DNA of 64,000 nt, taken from a virus. The translations under genes were made by a program, and so were the position numbers. The notes beneath the pieces were generated by a model that saw only the letters and a list, made by a program, of their open reading frames with translations, did not search any database and was not told the DNA's origin. The stretch covers positions 1 to 64,000 of IMG/VR virus record IMGVR_UViG_3300010373_000039. The stretch is one strand, 5' to 3'. How positions within the stretch are numbered: the stretch's first letter is position 1; every line of letters begins with the position of its first letter. Positions 56,283-64,000 of the stretch are shown piece by piece.

Positions 56283-56846
56283 CTACCACTTCCGTTGTTG
56301 TTTGGATCGTTGTTCGGCCATGGCGGTACGGTTACGTTCGGCCCGCATGTCCCGTTGGGCGAAATCGACGTGACCGGCGGAATTGGTTTGGAAATAGGCG
56401 GCGACGTGCAGGTTAGCCAATTCGCGGATCATAAAACCACGGTCCCGCCACACATCACGCATCCCCTCCCATTCGGCCAATTCCCGTTCCGCGTTCACCA
56501 ATTGCTGGAACCCCTCCCGGCGTTTGGGCGAAATTTGAACGATTGCATCCAAAAGCTTTTCGGTTATTTTCTCTCCCTTGGATTCAAATTCCGCCCGTGC
56601 CTCGAGGTACGCCATGGCCTCGGCCGTTTTCAGCGCGTCCTTACATTGATCGCGAACCGACCGGGCATGGGCCAATCGGTCACACACCTCCCCGAAGGAA
56701 TTGGGTTGTTCCATCAACTCCCGGTCCAAATCATGTTTATTGATTTGCAACCGGGCACGGATCGCACCCCGTTCCACGTCGTTGGTCACCGGTTCCACGG
56801 CGGGTGGGTTATCGCGTCGTCGTTTTAGTTTGGGACGTTTTTTCAT
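56283..56846 (-). CDS. UvsY-like recombination mediator
   Basis: L.I....L..E...Q helical pattern ending RGFMIRELA (RGFAIK in T4 UvsY); lies next to the SSB and RecA genes. Confidence 0.65.
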   Translation of the reverse strand: MKKRPKLKRRRDNPPAVEPVTNDVERGAIRARLQINKHDLDRELMEQPNSFGEVCDRLAHARSVRDQCKDALKTAEAMAYLEARAEFESKGEKITEKLLDAIVQISPKRREGFQQLVNAERELAEWEGMRDVWRDRGFMIRELANLHVAAYFQTNSAGHVDFAQRDMRAERNRTAMAEQRSKQQRKW

Positions 56847-57121
56847 ACGATAATCACCTCACGCATCACCGACCGCACATACCCCGGCTTACTATCCACG
56901 TACCACCACAAATATTTGGTGTCATTCCATCGATCGACCGATGCCCACATTTTCCCGGCATACGCGCCGGTGGGCAACGATGCGTCATACCGTTTAAGCA
57001 GTTTCCAATCATCCGCCGACATTATTGCGTGGTGGTCATCGATCAAAATGTTTTCCGTCGATGGTTGTTCCCAGTACCGTCCCAATGGATCGGTGATCGG
57101 CGGAATGATGTTACCCGACAT
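56843..57121 (-). CDS. phage hypothetical protein
   Basis: DPLGRYW.QP...Y....PTG.Y.GKMW. Confidence 0.7.
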   Translation of the reverse strand: MSGNIIPPITDPLGRYWEQPSTENILIDDHHAIMSADDWKLLKRYDASLPTGAYAGKMWASVDRWNDTKYLWWYVDSKPGYVRSVMREVIIV

Positions 57122-57143
57122 GGCCTAGTTATACCCAAGTCGA

Positions 57144-57503
57144 TCATTCCTTGACGTTGGTGCGGTCGTACAATTCCGGGGACCATTGCGGCAATTGGTT
57201 CGATCCGGTCGCATCCTTGCCACGTGTAGTCAATTTAACCCACGTGGCCGGGGTCATTTTGGCTTTGTCCTTGGGGAAAAATTCCCACACGTGCCCGTGT
57301 TCGTCCAACCCCACAATCAACCGCAATCCTCCGGACCGGGGATCGAATGATGGGTGGATGGATACCATGCGCGGAACCTGGCAATGACCCCGTTCGGCTA
57401 TTTGCTTCTCACCATGACGCCGATACTTCTTCCATCGCTTGGTTTTCTCCTTGGCCGACATCCTGCGGTTGCGTTCAAATTGTTTCCGTTTTTCCTTACT
57501 CAT
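57144..57503 (-). CDS. basic hypothetical protein
   Basis: AAGGA RBS before ATG 57503. Confidence 0.6.
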   Translation of the reverse strand: MSKEKRKQFERNRRMSAKEKTKRWKKYRRHGEKQIAERGHCQVPRMVSIHPSFDPRSGGLRLIVGLDEHGHVWEFFPKDKAKMTPATWVKLTTRGKDATGSNQLPQWSPELYDRTNVKE

Positions 57504-57525
57504 TGGTTTGTCCTTTGTTCCCCGT

Positions 57526-58455
57526 TCATAGCAACAAATTTCCAAGGGAAATGATGACCGGATACATCCCCGACACGTTGGGTGGATAGGGTTCGCGGAA
57601 CGCATCTAACACCGCAACCGTCCGTTGCGCCGCACGATCCGATTTGGCCCCCATCGCCACCTTGCCGAAATAATCAATCACGGTGTAGCGAATCGATTCG
57701 GGCGAGACCACGCCATTTAGTTTTTTCACGATCTTCATGGCCCGGACCCAATCCACCCCCTTGGCCAATGCCCGGCACAATTCAATCACCTCGCCCTCGG
57801 CCAACACCGACCGGATCAATTTCGCCGCCGTTTTGGTGGAGGTACAATCGCCGCATTGGGCCAGGAACGCAATGGCCTGCCGTGGTGATCCCTCGGATTT
57901 TTCGGCAAGGAAGTAGGCCACGTCGTCATTAGTGGTGAATTTCTCGGCGGCGATGATCCGCTTCAATAATTGGAATATTTCCTCGGCGTCCACCGGGGCC
58001 AATTGGTACTGCAAACACCGGGTCCGGATGTTTTTGGGAACCTTCATTGATTCGGTGGTACAAATGAACCAAAAACAATGTTCCGGCGGTTCCTCGGTGT
58101 CCTTCAACAACGATGCCCACGCGGCCGACGATAGTTTGTGCGCCTCGTCCAAAATGTAAGCGCGGTTATCGGAATCACCAATGGTGTTGTACGCCATGGT
58201 TTTGGTGATTTCCCGCATGGCGTCAATACCGGTGTTCACGGCGGCATTGATCTCGATTATGTCCTTCTTTGCGCATCCCAATTTTCGGGCCACGATCCGG
58301 GCCATGGTGGTTTTGCCAACGCCGGGCGGTCCCTCGAACAAAAACGTTTGGGCCGTGCGACGCTTCAACGCCGCCGTTATCGATTTGGCCACTTCGGTTT
58401 GGCCGATCAAATCCTTAAACATCTTCGGCCGGTACTTGTTAATCAATGCGTCCAT
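57526..58455 (-). CDS. dnaX: DnaX (gamma/tau)-like clamp loader ATPase
   Basis: KYRP..F.DLIGQ, GPPGVGKTT, DEAH.L, LLK..EEPP, TRC. Confidence 0.9.
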   Translation of the reverse strand: MDALINKYRPKMFKDLIGQTEVAKSITAALKRRTAQTFLFEGPPGVGKTTMARIVARKLGCAKKDIIEINAAVNTGIDAMREITKTMAYNTIGDSDNRAYILDEAHKLSSAAWASLLKDTEEPPEHCFWFICTTESMKVPKNIRTRCLQYQLAPVDAEEIFQLLKRIIAAEKFTTNDDVAYFLAEKSEGSPRQAIAFLAQCGDCTSTKTAAKLIRSVLAEGEVIELCRALAKGVDWVRAMKIVKKLNGVVSPESIRYTVIDYFGKVAMGAKSDRAAQRTVAVLDAFREPYPPNVSGMYPVIISLGNLLL

Positions 58456-58457
58456 TT

Positions 58458-59129
58458 TTACCTTGGTTTAAGAACAGCGCCAAAATGGTCGGTCGCCTCG
58501 CCCGAATAACGATCAACCGTGGGTTGGCCGGCTTTGTCGAAAAACCACGCCGGTTCCCACTGTTGGTAAATAATACCCCAGGCATCGGTCCAATTTTTCG
58601 GTCGGTTTTCCAGGTCATCAAGCGCCCGACGACCGTAGACGCACAACGTTTTGGTCATTTTCCTTGAATCTTCCAAGAATTTGGCTAGAACATCGGGGTC
58701 CAAATGTTGCAAAACGTAGATGCACACAATGGCGTCGAACGAGCGGTAGTTTACCGATACCTTGGTGTATGAGGGTTCCAACACCCAACGAAATCGGTTT
58801 CGGGGATGGTTTAGTTGTTTCCAAAACAGTTTTTGGCCCCGCGCCAGCATTACCTCACTGTCGTGCGCCATGACCGCCCAATTGGGCGACATGTCCAACA
58901 ACCCTACCGTGTTGCGCAACATCCCGGCCCCGAAATCCAAAATCTGCAATTGTCGGGACGTATCCAAACCGAACGATCGAAGTATATCGGTATCCGGTTT
59001 GAATTGGTCCAATTGGGTGATGTCCGAACAAATGCTTTTGGCCACCTCAAAATCGGTTCGGTGGTACGCGGCATTGCGCCGCCACTCGTCGGATAATCCA
59101 TAGGGACCATCGTGGTTGCGGGCCATCAT
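58458..59129 (-). CDS. class I SAM-dependent methyltransferase
   Basis: ILDFGAGMLR, FDAIVCIYVLQHL. Confidence 0.85.
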   Translation of the reverse strand: MMARNHDGPYGLSDEWRRNAAYHRTDFEVAKSICSDITQLDQFKPDTDILRSFGLDTSRQLQILDFGAGMLRNTVGLLDMSPNWAVMAHDSEVMLARGQKLFWKQLNHPRNRFRWVLEPSYTKVSVNYRSFDAIVCIYVLQHLDPDVLAKFLEDSRKMTKTLCVYGRRALDDLENRPKNWTDAWGIIYQQWEPAWFFDKAGQPTVDRYSGEATDHFGAVLKPR

Positions 59130-60202
59130 TCCACCTCATAGTTTCCGAAAAACCCCTTTTGTATCCGTGATTGCCGACGGTGCTGGATTTTCATGTACTC
59201 CGGATTCAATTCGATGGAGATACACCGCCGCCCTAGTTTGGCGGCGACCATGGCGGTGGTTCCGGACCCCCCAAATGGATCAAGGACAATGTCCCCGGGT
59301 CGTGACGCCATTTTGATACACCGTTCCGGCAGCGACGGTGGGAACACCGCAAAATGGGCATCCGAGCAGCTTATAGTTGGAATGTCCCAAACGGTTCGAA
59401 GGTTTCGTCCGTTGGGATTGGATGGGGTTTCGTGGTTATGGGCCACCGCGTATTGACCATCCTTGCCCTTGGTAATGCGGGTGTATTTATCCCGTTCCAA
59501 TGTCGTGGCGGCGACCGGCACACGCACCGCGTCCATGTCGAAATAGTATTTGGATTTATATTTGGAAAACATGAACACGTGTTCGTGGTCCCGATTGGGA
59601 CGATTGGGCGTGTTTTCCGGCATGGCGTTACGCTTGTACCAAATGCACTCGGAGCGAAGGGTCCAATTGTCCTCGCCGAACATCAAAATGGCGGTCATCC
59701 ATGGAATGCCGACCAATTCCTTTTCATGGTAGCTATCCCCCAAATTCAAGAACAATAGTCCATCGGGTTTCAGCACCCGGTATACTTCGGTCATTACCCT
59801 CCGAATATTGTGCATGTAGATGTACGCCGTAGGTTCACACCCCAATTCCCCCAGCCACGCCGAACACGTGTCCTTGAATTTGCAAAACCGTCCCCGGGAC
59901 ACCCCGCGTTGCCGTTGGGCCAACAGATTGGTGCGTCCCTTGCGTGCGCTGGTTTTTCCGGGCGTTTGTGCCGGGCCGTAGCGGATGATTTCCTCGCCCC
60001 ATTCGTGCCTGCATGTGGGCGAACCGCCCCATATTTGCGGTTCGGTCCCATAGGATCGCAATCCCCAATAGGGCGGCGATGTGACGGCCACTTGCACACA
60101 TGATTCCGGCAACCCGCGCAATACGTCGATGCAGTGTCCGGTGATGTTGCAAATGCCACGCTCATCGAAACGGACCAATCGCCGCCGGTTAGTTGTAGGC
60201 AT
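59126..60202 (-). CDS. DNA amino-methyltransferase (N4-C/N6-A, beta class)
   Basis: VTSPPYW, RVLKPDG, HFAVFP, VLDPFGGSGTT. Confidence 0.92.
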   Translation of the reverse strand: MPTTNRRRLVRFDERGICNITGHCIDVLRGLPESCVQVAVTSPPYWGLRSYGTEPQIWGGSPTCRHEWGEEIIRYGPAQTPGKTSARKGRTNLLAQRQRGVSRGRFCKFKDTCSAWLGELGCEPTAYIYMHNIRRVMTEVYRVLKPDGLLFLNLGDSYHEKELVGIPWMTAILMFGEDNWTLRSECIWYKRNAMPENTPNRPNRDHEHVFMFSKYKSKYYFDMDAVRVPVAATTLERDKYTRITKGKDGQYAVAHNHETPSNPNGRNLRTVWDIPTISCSDAHFAVFPPSLPERCIKMASRPGDIVLDPFGGSGTTAMVAAKLGRRCISIELNPEYMKIQHRRQSRIQKGFFGNYEVE

Positions 60203-62852
60203 AGTGCGCCGCCATATTTTCGTGGTAATCCAATTTGACCCGATCCGAACGGAACGTGCCTAATTTACTTTGTTCGTACCAATTGGGACCGTAGGACGCC
60301 TCGACCGCCAACGGCACGTTGATGAAATCGAATTCCGGATTGGCCATGGTGTTGGTGATAACCTCCACACCCTCGTCCAATTTGTTTTTGGGGATGAAGA
60401 AGGACAGGTCGTCGTGGATGTTCAACACCGGGGCCAACCACGGACGGTCCGTTTCGTAGGACATGTGGCATAGTTTCCGCCACGCCCACACCACCAATTC
60501 CGACGCCGTGCATTGGATTTTGGAATTGATGACCTGGTTTTTGGACATGGGACCGTAACGGCGCAACCCGTTCAACGATTCGCTGTAACCTAACCGGTTG
60601 TACTCCTTCATCTCCCATTTTTGGAATTTCAGCACCCCGGCGAACGTGTCCCAAAATTCATCCCAAATGACCCGCAATACCTTGACCGGCATGTTATCCA
60701 GCGCCCGCGCTGCCAATCCGATCGATGCCCCGTAGAACCACGGAAATATAACATCGGTTTTCAATTCGCCACGGAACGATTTCATCGCCTTGTAGTCTAA
60801 CGATCCGTGACGGCTGCGAACCACGGTGGGGTACACCCGCGCTATTTTCTCGGCCCAAACCATGTGAACGTCGTAATCATTGAACAACGAATCACATACT
60901 ACCTTATCCTTCGACGCCATGCCGATCACGCGGTATTCCAATTGGCCCATGTCGAAACACGCCATGTAATGGCCGGACGGTGCCACGACCTGTTTGCGAA
61001 TCCATTTCGATTTCCGCGACGGCCAATTTTGGTTGTTCGGATCGCTACTGCTAAGGCGTTTCGTGTCGGTGCGGGTATGGTTGAACCGGCAATGAATACG
61101 GCCGTCCGAGAACACCAACGGTTCGTCGGCGTCCATGGACATGCGTTCCACGTATGTTCCGAACAATTTTTTGTGTCCACGAAGCTCTAGCAGCATTTTA
61201 GCCAATGGAACCCGGTTGGCTATCGTAGTTAGTATTTCTTCTTTCGTGGAAAAACTTTTGGGGCCGGTTTTTACCTCCTTTAGTCCCAACATCTCCCAAA
61301 AAATCTTGATGTTGTTCGGGTGGCTGTCCTTGTATTTTCCGTACCGCGATTCAAATTCGCGGATCACCGGCAAATTAGAGATGTCCGATTCCAGCCGTTT
61401 GATTTCCGCCGATTCCCGTTTGGCGATTGCCGAATTCTCGTCGGCGTCAACCGGAATGCCGGTGGTTTGCGCCAGCGCAATGGCCACCACCCGTTCCACA
61501 AATTCACGGTAGGGTTTAATCATCCCCCGTCGTTCAAGAATGGCGATTTGCTTGAAATGGATTCGAAGGGTTTGTTTGGCGTCCAACGAGTTGTAATCCA
61601 ACACATCGTCTACGTTGGTTTCCTCTAAACGTGCCCGGTCGATTTCCCCGATTTCCTCACGACCCAAACCCATCCATCCCTTAATCGTGCGGCCCTTGGA
61701 CATCGATTTTAGTTTCAAACCAAAATGCAGGATGTTCAAGAAGTTTAACGACATCCCTCCCTCACGCTCATCGATCAAATAGGCCTCGGCCTGGGTGTCG
61801 AACCATTTGCCGGCAAACGCCAACCCCCGGCCATAGGAATAAATCAACCATTCCAATTCAAACGGGGCGTTGTGCGCAACCTTGTCGATGTCCGCATAGA
61901 GATATTCAATGAATGCATCCTCGATCCGTTTTAGGTCGGATGGGGACCACACGTGCCCGGGATGTCGCAATGGAAACGCGATGGTTTCCTTGGGGGAACC
62001 GATCGCAACCGATAGAATTTTGGCCCCGGCGCTGTAGGGGCGGGACCGGTTGGTTTCTAGATCGATCGCTGTGGGGTAGCGGTTGCGCCTGATGCGTCGA
62101 AGGGCGTCAATGATATCATCGGCCCGCTTTAGGACCCTTACGCCCGCAAATAGCCGTTTATCGTCGGTCTCGACCGGTGGCTCCGGCAATTTGTCGTACT
62201 CACGGAACGCCCGTTTGATATCCCGGCCGAAGAACCGTTCATGCTCGGTGCCGGGGATTTGGGCGTATTCGTCGGTGTTTAGTTGTCGGAGGATAAATGC
62301 GGGGTGGACGGTGGGATAAACCCAGCACCGGTGGCCGGCGATGTCGGTGGGGAATCGTCTACCACGACAGCATGTGATCGTTCCTGCCTCTTTGCCTAGA
62401 CACCATTGCGTGGCCACGTCCCCCACCGCGATAACGATCCGGGGCGTGGCGGCAACAATATCCTGTTCCACCGATGGTCGGTAGCATTCAATTTCGTGGT
62501 GGTTGGGCCGGTTCGATCCCTTGCGCTTTTTGGGTTGGGTTCCGCAAACGTTGTTGAACCGGATTTTGAAATCGTCGGGCAGGAACCGCCTAAGCAATTT
62601 ACCGGATGGACCGACGAACGGTTTGCCGATTTGATCCTCTTGTTTTCCCGGCGCTTCCCCAAGGACATAAACCTCGCATGGCGTCGGCCCGCTAGGTTTC
62701 ATGTGCCGGGTGCGGGCGGCGGGATTCATACGTTCCACCCCCTTTAGTCCGATTGCGTGTAGTCGGCTATCATCGACAATTGACGTGCGGGACGACCGCT
62801 GCGCGCGGTGTTCTACCTCAACCCGTGTAAAAAATCCGGTGGTGATCGGCAT
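60189..62852 (-). CDS. polA: family A DNA polymerase with N-terminal family-4 uracil-DNA glycosylase and 3'-5' exonuclease domains
   Basis: GEAPG..ED..G.PFVG.SG, HPA; DLET, HNAPFE, YNSLD; RLSSSDPN.QN, D..QLEYR, K....F...YG, IHDD. Confidence 0.93.
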   Translation of the reverse strand: MPITTGFFTRVEVEHRAQRSSRTSIVDDSRLHAIGLKGVERMNPAARTRHMKPSGPTPCEVYVLGEAPGKQEDQIGKPFVGPSGKLLRRFLPDDFKIRFNNVCGTQPKKRKGSNRPNHHEIECYRPSVEQDIVAATPRIVIAVGDVATQWCLGKEAGTITCCRGRRFPTDIAGHRCWVYPTVHPAFILRQLNTDEYAQIPGTEHERFFGRDIKRAFREYDKLPEPPVETDDKRLFAGVRVLKRADDIIDALRRIRRNRYPTAIDLETNRSRPYSAGAKILSVAIGSPKETIAFPLRHPGHVWSPSDLKRIEDAFIEYLYADIDKVAHNAPFELEWLIYSYGRGLAFAGKWFDTQAEAYLIDEREGGMSLNFLNILHFGLKLKSMSKGRTIKGWMGLGREEIGEIDRARLEETNVDDVLDYNSLDAKQTLRIHFKQIAILERRGMIKPYREFVERVVAIALAQTTGIPVDADENSAIAKRESAEIKRLESDISNLPVIREFESRYGKYKDSHPNNIKIFWEMLGLKEVKTGPKSFSTKEEILTTIANRVPLAKMLLELRGHKKLFGTYVERMSMDADEPLVFSDGRIHCRFNHTRTDTKRLSSSDPNNQNWPSRKSKWIRKQVVAPSGHYMACFDMGQLEYRVIGMASKDKVVCDSLFNDYDVHMVWAEKIARVYPTVVRSRHGSLDYKAMKSFRGELKTDVIFPWFYGASIGLAARALDNMPVKVLRVIWDEFWDTFAGVLKFQKWEMKEYNRLGYSESLNGLRRYGPMSKNQVINSKIQCTASELVVWAWRKLCHMSYETDRPWLAPVLNIHDDLSFFIPKNKLDEGVEVITNTMANPEFDFINVPLAVEASYGPNWYEQSKLGTFRSDRVKLDYHENMAAHYAYN

Positions 62853-62856
62853 GGGA

Positions 62857-63519
62857 TTAAATACGTCGCAACAACTCTAAAAGATCTTCTGCAACCTTAC
62901 GAAGATGTTCGGGGGCGTGTTGGACGTAGGCCATGGCGGCAGCGCGACACGCGGCGATGTGTTTTGGATCGTCTCCGTCGTGATCCAAACGCAAAACGAA
63001 ATAGACGGCGTTCGGATCGACCGGCGTTCCATCGGCCTTGGTTACCTTGTAACGTTGGTGCAACCCCTCCGGGTTTTCCTTGGCGGTGGGGATAGGCGAG
63101 GAAGTAGCGGATTCAATATCGTATGTCCGTGCAAAAATATCCGGTTTGCACGGATAGAATTCACCTTTGACACCTTTGATGATCCAATCGCCATGCAGCG
63201 CGGTGTGGTTGCCTTCGAGCGTGGGGATCGTTAGTGCTATGTAATTTGGCCCTTGCTCCCCGCAGGTGTCTGAGGCCTCATCGGCGGGGATGTTTCTCGC
63301 GGGATTGTCCTCGCTAATGATCCCGCCAAGGAATTCGCACATTTCATTCCATGTGGACCATCGCAATTGGATTGCTTCGATAACGACCGGCTTCTTACGA
63401 AACCGCCGATTTGGCAGTGGTGGTTTAGGACAATCGCCGTTGTAGCCGTGGTACTTAAACATCTCCTCGCCGGGCGGCATCGGCTCACCACATATTTGGC
63501 ATTTTGGTTGTTCGGGCAT
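62857..63519 (-). CDS. composite of small conserved phage domains
   Basis: CQICGEPMPPGE, RKKPVVIEA...TLEG...GDWIIKGVKGEFYPCKPDIF, YFVLRLD. Confidence 0.75.
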   Translation of the reverse strand: MPEQPKCQICGEPMPPGEEMFKYHGYNGDCPKPPLPNRRFRKKPVVIEAIQLRWSTWNEMCEFLGGIISEDNPARNIPADEASDTCGEQGPNYIALTIPTLEGNHTALHGDWIIKGVKGEFYPCKPDIFARTYDIESATSSPIPTAKENPEGLHQRYKVTKADGTPVDPNAVYFVLRLDHDGDDPKHIAACRAAAMAYVQHAPEHLRKVAEDLLELLRRI

Positions 63520-64000
63520 TTATTTCTCCTTTTTCTTGGTTTTAACCAACGTCCCGACCAAATAGGTGAACCCGTCACCGGAAAATTTAAGGCAGGCTTT
63601 ATGAACCGACATGGATTGCGCCACGCCTGATACACGCAAAACCTGTTTGGGGTCCACACCCACCGAAATGTCCGGTTGTTCTATGTCCATGGATTCCCGC
63701 ACGTCGGCGATTTCGGACAACGCCGTAACCTTCAATTTGTTGTCGGCGATATCCAAGTGAACCATTTTCTTTTCGTCCACCATGAAATCGAAAACCAAAT
63801 TCGCCTTGACCATCGACCTCTCGAAATTCTTGGGAATCAACACCTCGCCGTCCCGTTTCATGTATTGGGCCAGCATGGTGCGATAGTCGGACGGTTCGGC
63901 CTTGGCGAACGTGCGGGCGAACAAACGCAATCCGGACGCGAATTTAGCCTCCACCCATTTGTCGTTGAACGTGATGGTTTTGGCGGCGTCCGATTTGGAA
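63520..64000 (-). CDS. DNA polymerase III beta sliding clamp-like protein (N-terminus beyond the window)
   Basis: V.L.I....L.VTA.S...V.E...I..GV.P..L..V pattern; frame open to the window edge; near DnaX and PolA. Confidence 0.65.
   Translation of the reverse strand, partial: SKSDAAKTITFNDKWVEAKFASGLRLFARTFAKAEPSDYRTMLAQYMKRDGEVLIPKNFERSMVKANLVFDFMVDEKKMVHLDIADNKLKVTALSEIADVRESMDIEQPDISVGVDPKQVLRVSGVAQSMSVHKACLKFSGDGFTYLVGTLVKTKKKEK

Noticed and set aside
1-64000. tRNA genes, CRISPR array, DGR/reverse transcriptase, integrase, stop-codon reassignment
   Set aside because: GTTCGA-like motifs (about 45001, 57199, 62511) lie in CDSs without cloverleafs; no spaced repeats or RT/integrase motifs were seen; genes are intact in code 11 and use all three stops

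Overview
This 64 kb window is most of the genome of a tailed dsDNA phage with a long non-contractile tail. All product calls come from motifs recognised by eye; no database search was run. The + strand (1-50.2 kb) runs as follows: small hypothetical genes, two GT2 glycosyltransferases and a MazG-like/WYL fusion; terminase (TerL carries a LAGLIDADG intein), portal, MuF and scaffold; a ~6 kb nucleotide-metabolism block (5'-3' exonuclease, NMP kinase, GT9-like protein, ThyX); an HNH-AP2 endonuclease and a P22-like major capsid gene that appears to start at ATC; membrane proteins and a cassette of signal-peptide proteins (including a PEP-CTERM protein) with a region-2-only sigma factor; then neck, tail tube, frameshifted chaperones, tape measure and an RcGTA-like tail tip with an inserted GT71-like mannosyltransferase. 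The - strand (50.3-64 kb) is the replication/recombination arm: SbcD-like nuclease, resolvase, RecA, gp32-like SSB, UvsY-like protein, DnaX-like clamp loader, methyltransferases, a UDG-PolA fusion and a beta-clamp. The strongest unexplained signals are: a TACGTTG promoter motif in front of the main morphogenesis units; a GGC-triloop hairpin array with the HNH gene and ATC start ahead of the capsid gene; a probable ~90-nt sRNA; strong depletion of DCT/AGH trinucleotides; and four glycosyltransferases together with exported Ser/Thr-rich proteins. No tRNA, rRNA, CRISPR array or integrase was seen.
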